From positions 4,798,854 to 4,862,853 of the forward strand of contig MU058213.1 in NCBI GenBank assembly GCA_013265495.1: DNA of 64,000 nucleotides. The letters are read 5' to 3'. The DNA comes from Vicugna vicugna (taxonomy: Eukaryota). Below the pieces are notes generated by a model. It saw nothing but the letters and a program-made list of their open reading frames with translations, had not been told where the DNA came from and searched no databases. Within the stretch, counting starts at the first letter, position 1. Every line of letters starts with the position of its first letter. Positions 1 through 13,455 of this stretch are shown one piece after another. Position numbers and translations under genes: made by a program.

Positions 1-536
1 TTTATAGTTTTCTGTGTATAATTCTTTCACCTCCTTGGTTAGATTTATTCCCAGATATTTTATTACTTTGGGTGCTATTTTAAAGGGGATTGTTTCTTTA
101 CTTTCTTTTTCTGTTGATTTATCGTTAGTGTAAAGAAATGCAACTGATTTTTGAACATTAATTTTGTAACCTGCTACCTTGCTGAATTCTTCAATCAGCT
201 CTAGTAGCTTTTGTGTGGACCTTTTAGGGTTTTCTATACATAGTAACATGTCATCAGCATATAATGACACTTTTACGTCTTCTTTTCCAATTTGGATCCC
301 TTTTATTTCTTTCTCTTGCCTGATTGCTGTGGCTAGGACTTCCAGGACTATGTTGAATAGGAGTGGTGATAGTGGGCATCCTTGTCTTGTCCCAGATTTT
401 AGTGGGAAGCTTTTGAGTTTTTCACCGTTGAGAACTATGCTGGCTGTAGGTTTGTCATATATAGCTTTTATTATGTTGAGATATGTTCGCTCTATACCCA
501 CTTTGGCGAGAGTTTTTATCATAAATGGGTGTTGAA
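1..536 (-). mobile_element. Young LINE-1, 5'-truncated within the ORF2 reverse-transcriptase domain; continues beyond window start
   Basis: Minus strand 534 to 1 translates without a stop: QHPFMIKTL...[50 protein letters not shown]...[20 protein letters not shown], unmistakable L1 ORF2. Confidence 0.97.
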
Positions 537-1254
537 AATACACGTTATTATGAAAATCAGGACCACTTCTCCTTGGGGGATGAGTTTTTCCAAGATGGTA
601 AAGTGGGTTCCAAAAAACATTTCCTTTCTCTTCTTGAGTTTATAAGCTTCTTTGCTTATTTTACCTTGAGCCAATATAGAGTTACTTACTTTGTATGCAG
701 AGCTAAAAAAAAAAAAAAGGAGAATTGGCTTATTTTTGTTTTTCTGGGCAAAAAATGGTAGTGGGGACAGTTGGAATACTGGGTGAGAATACATTATTTT
801 CCCCACAGTGTTATTTGGAAATCTGAGGATTTGGTGTTCTCTGATATTGGTAGTAATGTAAATGTCACCAGCTGTTTCCAAATAAATCTGTTTACTTAGA
901 TTTTCTTTTTGTTCATGTTATTTTATTTTACAAAAAGGCCCAGGATTGAGGCAAATACCTACCTATATGGGACTAGATGGTTGGAACTGTGTTTAGTTGA
1001 TAGCTTTGTAGAAAGTGCTGTTACTGAGAATCTTGGATTTCCTGGCTCTTTACCTCTCATAAGGTGCAGGTCTAGAATTAGATAGAGGTCATATCTTCTG
1101 CCCAGATGAAGGAGAGATGGGTACATGTTCAGATGCTGCCAGCTATGCTAGGTGGAGGGGGAAAAAGCTTTAAGAAAGCCTTTCTGGAAAAGAGTCTCCA
1201 GTATTCTGTGATCTTTGGATGTAGCTATAGATTATATGGAATATACAGGTTGGT

Positions 1255-2065
1255 TGTGAACAGATGTTTTCATTTATTTACGGTATATACCTAAGAGTGA
1301 AATCTGAGTCATATAGTAACTTTATATTTATTTGCTTGAAGAATGGACAGACTGATCAAACTGATTTTTAGGGAAGTTGCACCATTTCACATTCCCACCA
1401 GCAATGTATGAGGGTTCCAATTTCTTTACATCCTCCCCAGCACTTGTTGTTAGTTAACTTTTTGAGTATAGCCATCCTAGTGGGTGAGAAATGGTATTTC
1501 ATTGTAGTTTTGATTTGTATTTCCCTGATGGCTAGTCATATTAAGCATCTTTTCATGTGCTTATTGGCCTTTTGTATATCTTCTTTGGAGAACTGTCTAT
1601 TCAGATCCTTTACCTGCTTTTTAATTGGCCTATCTTTTTTATTATTGTGTTGTAACAGTTCTTCATGGAGTCTAGATACCATTCTCTATCACATACATAA
1701 TCTGCAAAATGTTTCTCCTGTCCTGTGGCTTGCCTTTTCGCTTTCTTGGTGCTGTCCTTCGAAGCACATTTTTAATTTTCTGGATGCCCAGTTTATGTAT
1801 TTTTCTTTTGTTATTTGTATCATTTCTAAGAAACCATTGCCCAGACCAGCATCACATTGACTTACTTTTCTTCTAAGAATTCAGTAGTTTTAGTTTTATA
1901 GTTTTATCAGTTACATTTAAGTCTGTGATCCATTTTGAGCTAATTCTTGAGCGTGGTGTGAGATTGAGGTCCAGTGTCATTCTTTTGCATGTGGGTGTTG
2001 GTTGTTCCAATACCATTTCTCGAAGAGACTCTTCTTGCCCCCATTGATGGGCTTAGCAGTGTTCT
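1255..2065 (-). mobile_element. Old LINE-1 (L1M-type) ORF2 3' region, degenerate
   Basis: Hallmark antisense L1 text such as ttgcaccatttcacattcccaccagcaatgtatgagggttccaatttct and tctttggagaactgtctattcagatcc. Confidence 0.88.
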
Positions 2066-2711
2066 GTCTGTGTCCCTGTTCAGATAGGCTTTCCAAGTCC
2101 CTTACCATCCAAGTTCCCAGACTTGTGGTTTGGTAGCGAGGCCTGGACAGTGGGGAATTTAAAATACTTACTCTAAAGAGATTGTTCAAACCAGAAGGAA
2201 CTGTGAGGTACTGTTTCTGCTAAGTTCAAGTTAGGGTTACTGCCGTCCCACGTGGGTGAGAGACTGAGAGGAAAAGGAGGTCTGTTGCAGAAAATAAAGA
2301 GTGCCGTCTTCCCTGAACATCTGAATGTAGCGTAAACACATTTTAACCCTGCTCTGCGTGCAGCCTTACGGAGGCCACTTGGTCACCTGGAGAGATGTAG
2401 CATTGGACACAGTTTCTCTGCTGTAGACTGGGCTTTCACACATGGGCAACAACGGATAGTTGGGATAGTGGAAAAAGGGAAATGAACTTAAGCAGTAGAA
2501 AGCCGGGGTTCCTCACAAGGGCCCTTGTTACAAAGCTGTGTGACCTCAGGCTTCAGTGTCACTCTCAGCTTTCTCCTGTGTCAAAGGAGGGCACTAGATT
2601 AACAGCCTCTGGGGTCCTCTTTTACATTAAAGTTCTGCGATGCTGGTGTATTTGAAGATGTTGTCAACATGGTCAAGCTTTGCTGTGCAGAAACTATGTT
2701 ATGAAAATCTA

Positions 2712-3677
2712 CCTGGTAGTGCCAGAAAGTAAGAAAATGCTCACGAGAAACCCACACACGTGCCCACGCTGTGCAGGCGTGGTACCGGCACACGCCAACT
2801 GAAAGAGCTCCCGGTGGCCAAAGCTGGGACAGTTTGAGCAATAAAATGAAGGAGTATTGAATTATAACCCAAAATATAAAATAAATATCCATGGGTCCAT
2901 ACTGATGTAAACAAATGGCTGAATAAATAAATAAATGAGGAAGAATAGACACATCTCTGTTACAGAATAATTTCAGATAATTTATATAGGTACTTTGCTT
3001 TCAAGAAGGTAGAGTCGAGCTCCCCACTTTTTAAGTATGGGCTGCATTTAGTGACTTCCTTCCACAGAGGACAGTTTGGAAAGAGGGAGAAAAAAGTAAC
3101 TTTTTTTGGTCAGTGGAGAAACCCGACAGGCAGTACCTCAGCCAGGTGAACAAGGTTAGTGTCAACGTGATTAATCACGTTGATAGCAAATACCCTTGAT
3201 AGGATGTGGTGAGAGTGGCCTTTCATCTCTGTGGTCTTCTTCCCCAAAACCCCTAACCCCAGTCTAATTGTGAGGAAGGACATCGGACACATCCCAATTG
3301 AGGGACATTTGACAGAATACCTGACAGCACTGTCCAAACTGTCAAGGTCTACAAAACCAGTGAAAGTCTGAGGAACTGTCACAGCCAAGGAGAGCTTCAG
3401 GAAACATGATGACTAAATACAATGTGGGATCCAGTCTGGCATTCTGCAACAGAAAAAGGGCACTAAACACTAAGGAGAACTAAATGTACTATGAACTTTG
3501 GTTAATAATGATGTGTCGATATTGGCTCATTAATTATGACAAATGTACCATACTAAGGTACAGTGCAGTAAGAGCAGAAACTGAGTGTGGAGTATATGGG
3601 AACCTTGTATTAGCTTAGCAGTTTTCCTATAATCTAAGACTGTTCTAAAAAAAAGTTTAAAAATAAAAACAAAAAAA
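2712..3677 (+). mobile_element. Old LINE-1 3' end (L1MC/L1MD-like) with A-rich tail
   Basis: Recognisable 3' UTR blocks (ccagaaagtaagaaaatgctc; aattgagggacatttgacagaatacctga; acaaatgtaccatactaag; gtatatgggaac) ending in an A-rich tail at about 3647-3677. Confidence 0.82.
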
Positions 3678-6600
3678 CTCCCCGGTGAAATGTTCTGACA
3701 CCCCACTCGGTATGTCTTCTGTGAAGCCATCTCTGGCAAGCCCCCTTCCGGTGGCACCACTTTCTCCACTGCACACCACGTGCACCGCTGGTGCATCGCT
3801 TGCACATGGCACTGTGACTTACTTGTTCTCCCGTCTGCGCTTCTACGCTGTGAGCTCCTCGTTCATCTTTCAGCACACACAGCCTCTGGCACACAAGAGG
3901 TACTTGTATGATTGCTGACTGAGATAATGAAGGAATGAGCATAAGAACAAGTATTTCATGAGTCTCCTGCCTGCGTGACCTTTTGCTGTTATGGTCCGTG
4001 TACTCAGAGATGCTCACGTTGTAGCTGAGAGGCAGAATAGTAACTGGATAATGGTGCCACGAGGTTGTAAGAGAAAGAAAATGTCTTCTCTTTCTACTTT
4101 GGAGAACAGGTTCCCAGTGAGATTCTGTCAGTAAAAGTGCTCTCAGCATGTGTGGGCTCAGGTGTGGTTCACATGGTACCCGGGGGACCAACTCCCTAAC
4201 TCCCTTCCCCACTAGCTTCACTCCCGGGTTTCTAGTTAGAGACTTCATTTCTTCATTGAAACTTTTTGAAATCCTCAGTTATGATGACTAATCTGGAGGA
4301 GTCCACTTTATTTATCAGCTGAAGTCTTAGATTTCTCAGACTGATGATTATAAAACCTGGGAGACTGGGCAGCAAAACAGGCACCTCTTAACTTAGAAGG
4401 TGGAGTATCTGACCCTCTCAGTGGGCCCAGAAAATGACATCAAAAGGTGGCATGGGCCTAACTTGGTTTACTTCCTCAGGCATCACACGCATTTCAGAGT
4501 TATGCTCCGCTCCTACCTAATAGCACAGGGCAGAGATTAAGGGCTGCCAGCCTCTATTTGGAGGGGAAATTTCCCAGAGCAATGTATCGGCATCTTTGTT
4601 TACACCCTGACATTTTTCACAAGATGAATCTGAGGCTATTCACAAGAGCAGATACAGTAAAAATTAAAAAAAAAAATATATATATATATAATCATAAAAA
4701 ATCATGGAAAACAGAGATTCAACTAGAGTTACTACTGGAGATGGTGGGGACAAAGGACCGCCGAGACATCTAGTCCAGAGATCCTGAAGGTGAATTAGAA
4801 GTGTGGCCGTGAGATTTTTGGCTGTCTAAGTGAAAAGAGAAACTTGATCAACACCATAATATTTGCTGTCTATAAGGGAAAAAAAAACTTCCTCAGAGGA
4901 AGTGAAGCTTCTTTTCACATGCAATTCTGAAAATGGTACCCAAGCTTCTTTCCTAGCCTGGGCGTTGCAGGGACTCTGTGAGCACGGGGAGGACGTAGAT
5001 GCTAAGACCCAGACTTGCCCACTGTCATTTGTACTTGCCTAAGTTCACGTGTCACTGTGACAGAAACAAGTCATTGCCCTGGAGTCTTGAAGGGCCCCTT
5101 GTATGTGGGCATTTTGTTTCCAGATTTTACTTCTTTATGGAGAGTTCTGGGAGCACATGTGTCCTCCTGCATTGGTGGGAAAGGGGCACTGGTTGAGTGG
5201 CCATGTATGGGTGTATGAGTATTGATGGTTCTAATAATGAGTTGATGTTTCTAATTTTAAGGTAATAAAGTTTAATCACAGTGATTCTCTTGTCCTTCTT
5301 TTAGAATATATTAAAAGTTCAAGTAAGAGTTGAAGAAAGAGATGATCCCTGGACATCAGCAAGAAACTCGTTCAGGATCATTTAAATCATGATTTCTTCC
5401 TTTTGACAGCCTTCCTAGGCAAGGAGGTTGGGGTTACAGACAGATTTGGAAGGAGTTTTCCTGCAGCGGGTGACAGATCTCTTGGCTTTATCTTTTTAAC
5501 TTGTTTCCCGCGAAAAAGACATAGAAAGCATACTGATGAAGTCAGTATGACCCACAGCAGACAGAGAATCCAACGATAGATCGAATGTTAAGCATGGTCT
5601 CCACAGGGAGAAACACCAATTTAAAACTCAACTTGGTTAAACTGAAAAGAGATCAGTGACTTCTCTTGTTTCTTTAGCTTTCATATGTAGGGACTAATGC
5701 AGGATCCAAGGCTTAGTGGGACTTTTGGATAACCCTGAGGTCCACACATATACTCATGTGCACAGGTCAGCATGCTGTCAGACTTGCGGATCCTCCCAAG
5801 TGCCATTTAGTGGATTCAGGGAGATGGCACATTCTTAAATTCTATTCTTTTCATTTGCTGTGGTTATAGTAGGCACTTGATTGGTAACTTTCCCCACTCA
5901 GGGGTATTCAGCAAATACCAAATATTTACTGAGCTCCAAATGTATGTGTGATACTGGTCAAGGTAGTATAGCTAAGATGACCAGCAAAACCCAGGCTTCT
6001 CTCTTGTCATGTATGGGTGATGGGTGAAGTCATACCCAGAAGAATAAGACAAACAGTGATCACCCAGAGAGATATGCCAGAACACTGGCTGGAGATACCA
6101 ACTGAAAATCACTTAGAAAGTAAGTTTTGCAAGGCAAGAAAATGTTGGGTCCAAAGACCATCATTTTTATATGTCTGTGCTCTTGCTATTTAAAAATGTT
6201 ACATTTATAGGCTCTTCTAGTGACTGTAAAAGGCATAGCCACTCCAGTTTTTTTGTAACTGGATAGCGTGTGAGTGAAGGAGGGGCTGGGAAGGATCTGT
6301 GTTCCGAATTGGAGGCCAGAAAGCTTTCTTGATGGTGGAAATACAGAGGATTCTCTTTCTTCTCCTCTCGTCTCTAGCTATCTGCTGCAGCTCTAATGAA
6401 ATCCAGGGTGTGAAAGAGCCCACCTCTGCCGCTACCCTGTCTCTTGCTCCTTTTTTCTCCTCTGTGCCTGGATTTCAAGCACCTAACACCCTTCCCTTGT
6501 GAGCGGCTTATAATTAACTACTCATGTACGATGAGGCCATTAAAAATAGAAAATTAAAAAGCTTTAGGAAGGGTGAATTTTATTTTGGGAAAGGACCCAA

Positions 6601-7168
6601 CCTCATGAACTTTCTGTTCTTTCTGTTTGGGGCTAAAATGGTCCTGATTCTTCATTTTAGACTAATTGCACACTGGTGCGTGTTATATTTTCCATCCCAG
6701 AACAACTGGGTTATGTCTTTCTCTGTTCATTCCTGAACCCCATCCACTTGTGAGGGTGCAGAGCGTTCGGCTGGTTTCCCATCCAGCAGATTTTGGCCAA
6801 GGGTGTTCCCTGGAAACTGGAGTGTCTCGGCATGAGCTCAGGCGCTGGTTGGTTTGCCATCCCTCTGAGTGTCTCCGTGTGCTTCTTGCAGGACACGGCC
6901 TATAAAGCTGAAAGGTAGCTCCTCTCCTCTGGATGCAATAGCTTTCTCTTTGCCCTTTACTCTGGGTTTTATTGCCCATTCCTTGTATGACAAGAGCTGT
7001 GAAGATGGCTGTCATCATCTCGCAACTCCTTGAAGGCAAGGTCTTATTTTTCCTCATGCTTTTCTAAGGGATTTTGTAGGCTAGAGGATCAGTTCATGTG
7101 CCCTGGTGATACCCTGTGGGTCGTGGAACCCTGGACCTTTCCTGTAGTTTCTACAGGAAGTTTTTCTT

Positions 7169-7315
7169 TTTAAAATTTTTTAAATTTCTATGTCTTTTGG
7201 GGGGGATTATTAAGTCACTTGTTTATTTTTAACAAAGGTACTGGAGTTTGAACCCAGGACTTCGTGCATGCTAAGCATGCACTCTACCACTGAGCTATAC
7301 CCTCCACCCTACCCC
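7169..7315 (-). mobile_element. Camelid tRNA-derived SINE (vic-1 type) with perfect 15-bp TSD
   Basis: Reverse strand reads gggtatagctcagtggtagagtgcatgcttagcatgcacgaagtcctgggttcaaactccagtacc (A and B boxes). TSD caggaagtttttctt at 7154-7168 and 7316-7330. Confidence 0.9.
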
Positions 7316-9909
7316 CAGGAAGTTTTTCTTAAAGATCACAGAAATAGCTTGCCTGTACAACCCAGAAATCAACTGTCAGCAACTCATTTGCACTGTATCG
7401 TGAATATTCTTGCTTTCTCAATCACTGCCAAGCCTTCCTTGTGTTGGTCTCATTACCAGCTTCATTGTGGATTGTAAGATGCAGTGACTCTGAAACCTCT
7501 CCTGGTTCTCATGCCTCCAAGATGCTTTGACCCCTCTTGGTAGAAGGCCTCCCTTCCGTGTCAAGAATTTCTCATGCCTATGACTTGGTGGCTTCTTTAA
7601 AATCAAACATCGTAAAGCCTAAATTTCTGGTTTTATACCTGTGGTGACTTTCAAACACAGCCTTACTCTGCCCTTTTGACCTAGGAACACCACCAAGGAG
7701 AGGAAGAATGGTGGGAAATATTGGCCCTGGGGACTGTCAGTTTGCCTGGGAAAATACGAGGGTGTAGCCACCCTCCTGTTTCTGAGTTCTGTATATTAAA
7801 ATATTGATAAATAATTCGGGGGAGTTGCTTGTAAACACAAAGAGAGGTAAACGAATCACATTGTCCTGGGGAATGTTCAGTGTGATTTGCATGATGACTA
7901 GCATGATTTTCCCGGGTGTAGATGGACTTTAATAAACTATTCGTGTCCCATTTCATCATAGCTGTAGTTAATGCCATGTGAAGCGTAAGGATATTAAGGG
8001 CACTATTTTCATGTGGAGGCATAACTTTGGAAGCGTATAAAGTGACCAGCTGATGAGAAAAATGAAAGCATGTTTCTAGAAAGCCAAGAATGTCTTAGCA
8101 ATCCAGATAAATGTTGCTTGTAAAAACAAAACCGATAACCAGGAAGGGCTGTGGAATGGAGCCTCATGAACTCTGGGGAGTGGAGATAAGATAAATGAGT
8201 GAAAGACAAGAGGAGGGAAGTGTGTGTTTTCAGGGAAAACATTCATGAGTTGTTCTAAGGTGCAGCTGGATGTGCTCACAGAGACAGCAAATACGTTAAA
8301 TAAAAGCAAAACCCAAACTACCTTTGGTAGGATTTTCAAAACAAAACGTGACTATTTCCAATACGATTGTTCTAATTATCAAGAGAGTTGTCTACTGACC
8401 AGATTGAGAGTGTGCCTGACCTGGTATTTGGGTTGATTATAGCCTTTCACACCCTAATTAATCCTTTTTGTGAAGGAATCCTCAAGACCTGAAGAAAGAG
8501 GTCGGTGGCCTCTGCTCGGGGTGGTGGGGGGTGGATAGACCTCCTCAAGCCGGGCTGTGTGATCTAGGGTGTGGCACTTAACCAGTCTGAGCCCAGGTTT
8601 CCCTGTCACCACAGTGGGAATAATGACAGAGCCTCGGAGCAGCGGTGAGGGTGACGCAAGGTCATTGGTGGCACAGTCTTGGCACAGTGTAGACATGCCG
8701 GATGGATGCTTGCAGGCCAGGGAGGAGGGAGGAGTGAGGGACCAGGCATCAGGACCACTCCGTGGGGGACTTGGACGCACTTGCTCTGGGAGCAGCACGT
8801 CAGCATTCAGAACAGAGCAGCAGACCACTGTCCCCTCTACCCCCACCTGCCCCTCCCTGTGCTACTAGGCTGGGTGTTGTGAGGGCGGCGGTGGAAATGG
8901 AAGGTCAGGGAGTGATATACCCAGCTACCGCGGTTCCCTGAGGGTGCCTGGCACATCTGGTGACTTCAGACAAAGGGCACCGGCAACCGTGTCAGGCCAA
9001 CAGGAAAGAAAATCTTGGGCAAGAGGGCCTCTTTGTTTGCTCCTGCGTGTGTGCACCTCGGCTGCCCTGGCAGGCGGAACTAGCTGTTTGCTTTGTGGAA
9101 CAAAGAACAGGCCTGGTCAGGGGGTTGGAGGGTGGGTGGGGGGTGGTTCCTACAGGATTCCTCTTGATTAAAACAAACTCTAGGAGAAGCATCTGGCATG
9201 CATCTCCCTGTGGCAGTGGGAATAAAGATGCGCACACACCTGCTTCAGCTTGGATCCACTGCACTCAAAGCCCCAGAAAAGGGTCCGGAGCAAGCTGACG
9301 CTCTTAATCTAGGCCTCCCATTCAGCATCCATAAGAATGTTGTTGGATGTCAGTGGCTGACCACAGAGTGGGGTTAAAGAGAGACCTGCGGTTTCCAGAA
9401 GTGGCTTTAATCTCAAGGCCGTGGCAGCTGAGCGTGCGTGCTGTGCAGCAGAGCTGTGGACTGGCACGCACGCAGGCGGGGTGGGCAGCCTGAGGATGCC
9501 CGTCCGCAAGGGAGCACCGCTGATAAACTGGAAGATGCTCACTGCTCACGTTAGCGGACACTTCAGTGCCCCAGTGCACCACCTGTCATGCTAGAGAAGA
9601 GAGCTTAAAAGACACTCTTCTTCCTCAAGGACTGCAGGTGGGGGTGGTCTAGATGTAAAGCAGAATCTACCAGGAAGCAAGCAGTCCTTGCAGAGCTTCC
9701 ATACCTTGGCATGTGCTGTTTTTTCTGTCTGCATTGCCTTTCCCTTCCCTTGTCTGCTTGGTGCCCAGTGCTTTGCAGCTTTGCCCATCTCACCAGGTAG
9801 AGTTAAGGCTCCCTTGTCCCGTCTCCCAGAGCAGTCAGTTTATATCTCTGTTATGGAGTGTATTATATCATACTTCTTTTTTTTCACGTAGGTTGCTCCT
9901 ACTTGAGAT

Positions 9910-10605
9910 TGATTGTTTCAACAATTTGTGTGTGTGTGTGTATTTGAGTATTTACTTCGGGCCAGACACTGTATTAAATCTACTGAGTAAAAATGGATAC
10001 CTGCTCATTGCTTGCAGAAAGCTTACAGTCCCGTGGAAGAGATATAAGGAAAAAAGCCACACAAGTAAATACAAATTGCAGCAATGTGCGTAGAAGAGAG
10101 GGGTGGAGATTTAACCAAGTCTGGAAGGTCAGCGACCATTTCCTTGAGGAGGTGATGATTGGGCTGTGCAAGAGCGAATGATGTGCAGAGACAGTCTTCC
10201 AGGCAGGTGTGCAAAGGTCCTGGGGTAGGAGGGAGCGTGGTATAGGAAGAAACTTAGAAAAGAAAAGGCTGTTGGAAAGATGAGTTGAGTGAGGAGAAGT
10301 ATGGTATGTGATGGGATTGGGCAGATACGGTAGACCACGTAAACCCGTGGACTGAGGTAAGAAGGTTTGTTGTTTGTATTTGTCTTTATCCTTAAGAGCA
10401 GAGGAAAGCCATTGAGACATTTAAGCAGGGGATGGCACGATCTGATTTGGGCTTCAAAGTGTGTGGGGGATGGACTGGAGAGGGCAAAAGAGGGGATGTG
10501 GGTGGACCAGCTAGGAGGCTTTTGCTGTTGTCCAGGAAGGAGTGATAGCAGCTTGGACTGGTGAAGTGGACTGATGGAGAACGGAGGGTAGATCTCAGAC
10601 AAACT
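9910..10605 (-). mobile_element. LINE-2 fragment
   Basis: Antisense L2 3' region pattern (gccagacactgt...gcttacagtc...tgcaaaggtcctggggtagga...gaaagccattgagacatttaagcagggg...gcagcttggact). Confidence 0.75.
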
Positions 10606-13112
10606 AGGGGCTCTTGGGATAAAGTTAAATGGCTTTACCTATTATAGGCCTTCTCAGAGCCTTGAAAATGTGGGCTAAAGGTGGATTATGATTCTCTAAG
10701 AAAGGACTCAGTTGTAAGAATTTCTCAGAATTGTATAACCACAAAAATTTTTTTTTCCCAAAAAAAACCTTCCACATTACTTTTTTTTGGTAGAATACTT
10801 TCTGGGAAATGCTGTATTGTGTAGCATTCTTTTTTGAAGAGTAGTTTCCACAAAGGGTCCTGGGTGTTAGACAAAAGCTTGTCATTGGGAATGAGCCTGG
10901 CATACAGTATAAAAAAGAACCAGTCTGTTGGACACAGAGTGTGAAACTTGGGCAAAGTCAGATTGACTAGGTAGACCAAAGTCAGTAGAGAAGTCTTGGA
11001 GGCCGAGCTAGCAGGAGTTTGGATTCATTCTGGACTCTGAGCTGAGATGGGTCGTGGTGGAAGTGTCATCTTGCAGGATCATTCTAGAAGACATGCTGTG
11101 AATGAGGTGAGCAGTGAGGTGTGTGTTAGAATGAGGCACCCTAGTTTTCTAGAACTGAGTCAATGAGACCCTGGGCTTGGGTGGTGGAGTAGGAATGGGA
11201 AAATGCATCCTTCAGGTTGAGAAGGAAATGTAAGATGTTACTCTTCCTGCCCTTTCCCCTTGGCAGGCGGCCACTCTCAGCAGCAGGAGGCTGAAAGATG
11301 GTCTTGTCTGTGTTTTTCTGAGACCAGATAAGCATAAGGGCACTTGGGTTCCCAGGCAGAGCTGGAAGAGAGAAGGTGTGTGCTCAGAATTGCATTGTCA
11401 TTGTCAGGAAGTAGGAACGTTATTACTTAGGTTAACAGGTAATGTGTAATGAGGTGGTTAAATTTAAGTCCATCAAGTTCCCGCATGGCTGAAATGCCAC
11501 TGTGTGACTTTGAACAAGTCATTCAACCGCTCCAGGCCCTGGTTTGCTCATCTGGAAAATGAGTGGCTACTGTATGTTTCAGGATTCTCCTAAGCTCAAA
11601 AATTCCAGCCATCTCAGGGAATTGAAAGTTCGTTCGTTAGGACAATCACTTGTTAGGTTAAGCAAGACCCTTAGCCTTCAGAGAGCTACAATTTTGTGAA
11701 AAATTTGGATTGAGAATGGGGACTTTGTAGAGAAATGTGATGAGTGTCCAGTTCACACTTTGAGATCCTTTGAGATCCAGGCATCTTTTCTGAGGCAGAA
11801 GCACAGCAAAGTGAGGCCAACTTCAGGCAGGACAGACCTCTTAGTATTGCGAAGGTAAACGGCACCCTAATGAAGCAGTCTGCTAATTGCAGGCTCAATT
11901 TAGGACAGGACGGGGCTAAAAAATTTATTTTTAGGTAGGGTGTTTGGACGTTGAAAGAATTTTCTCATGGAGACATTGTTATAAGTTGGGGTTAGGTTCT
12001 CAGGCCAGATAGCAAGGGTTGATCCAGCTCATGACACGGGAAATCGTGTGTGTTGATAAAATAACATCAAATAAATGTACAGGCAGGCAGTGTGAGAATT
12101 TGATGACTACCACTGGACACCTTCAAATATACTTAGATGCTTAGAAACACGTAGAGCCAGTTAATTCACTACACTTGAGTATGAATGTGCTGTGTACCAG
12201 GCGCTGGCCGGGCTGGGGTGCTGAGCGAGGTGCAGGCCCTGCCTGGAAGGGCCTGTTGGCTGGTGGTCAGTCTGCTGTGCTCTCAAGTCTGACCGCCTAG
12301 GGTGGTTCTGGGCTTTGCTGCTCACTAGCTCAAGGCCTTAGCAAATTACTTAACTTCTGAACGTCTCCGTTTCCTCACTTACAGGTAAAGAATTTAATGG
12401 TGTCCCTTTTGGGAGGGGTAGGGGTTAAGTTTAGCACTAGTGAGATGCCCGTGGGGAGGGCACCATGCCCAGCATTGAGTGATCACTCAGTAGGTGTTGT
12501 TACGCCAGCCCGGCCCCAGAGCCTTGTCCTGTGGGTGCAAACAGCAGCTCCCCTGGACCAGTAGTGAACTGGCCCCCTCATCTGGTTCCCCACGTGTAGC
12601 CCTAGAATGGGATGGGGTGGAGGGTGTTGGCAAATGGAAGAGAAGTTTGAGAGGAAAAAAAGATATTGTCTTCTTTTTATCCCCAGCAGAGTTAAGGTAC
12701 AGCTTACCAGCAAAGAGAATGGGATTAGGGCACAAGGGTGAGCTCCTGCAGCTGAGAAATAAATGCGTGAGAGCCAGAGGGGTGTTGGGGCACCCTGGTG
12801 GGGAGAAGCAGAAAGGGGCTGGCAGCTGAAGAAGGGATTGGAGCAAGAGGGCCCCAGCAGTGACACCTTTACTGTCATCATTGGTCCCTGCAGTATCACA
12901 CACAGGGCAGGTCCTGGGAAGGGTCTACTGGATGTCTGTCTCGAGGTGGACAAAGCTGTCTTTAGCTTGTGGACTTGGGTTCAAGCATCAGGTTTCCTCT
13001 TTGGCCTCTATGCAGACATGTATCTGTGAGGGACTATTTTATTTACCGAGAGACTTTGTCTCGGGAGCCTGGGGTACTTGGTAATCAGGGTGACGGCCAG
13101 CAAGGCTCTTCA

Positions 13113-13455
13113 GGGAGTATTGTTTTAGTTTTGGGCCTCACACTTTGAGAGAGTACTTGATACTGCACTCCAGTGGGTGAAGAAGGACCTTTGAAAGTTT
13201 AGTCTAAAGAAGACAAGATGGTATGAAGGAGGTATGCAGACTTCAAATATTTGAATGGCTGTCATTTGGAGGAAGGACTATGCCCTTTCTTGGTTGGGCC
13301 CAGTGATGTTGTAGGAATGCAGATACCAGCTCGGCATGAAGGAGATGTTACCATGGCTGAGAGCTGTGACAAAACAGAAAGGCTTGTTTTGAGAGGTAGT
13401 GAGTTTCCAACCCCAGGAAGCAGAGGCTGGTTATCTATCAAAGATATGGTGGGAG
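13113..13455 (+). mobile_element. L3/CR1 LINE 3' fragment
   Basis: Motifs gagtattgttttagttttgggcctcacacttt, cttcaaatatttgaatggctgtcat and gagaggtagtgagtttcc...aagcagaggctgg resemble the CR1/L3 3' end. Confidence 0.7.

Noticed and set aside
179..535. 118-aa plus-strand ORF
   Set aside because: Antisense shadow of L1 ORF2; the real frame is on the minus strand.
1408..1860. 150-aa hydrophobic ORF (and similar ORFs at 23971-25029)
   Set aside because: Translation of antisense L1 sequence, a well-known artefact.
3634..4248. 204-aa minus-strand ORF
   Set aside because: Runs across L2-like and L1-tail sequence; no recognisable domain or exon structure.
9120..9143. Intronic G4-type motif
   Set aside because: Deep intronic and very common in mammalian DNA; nothing supports function.
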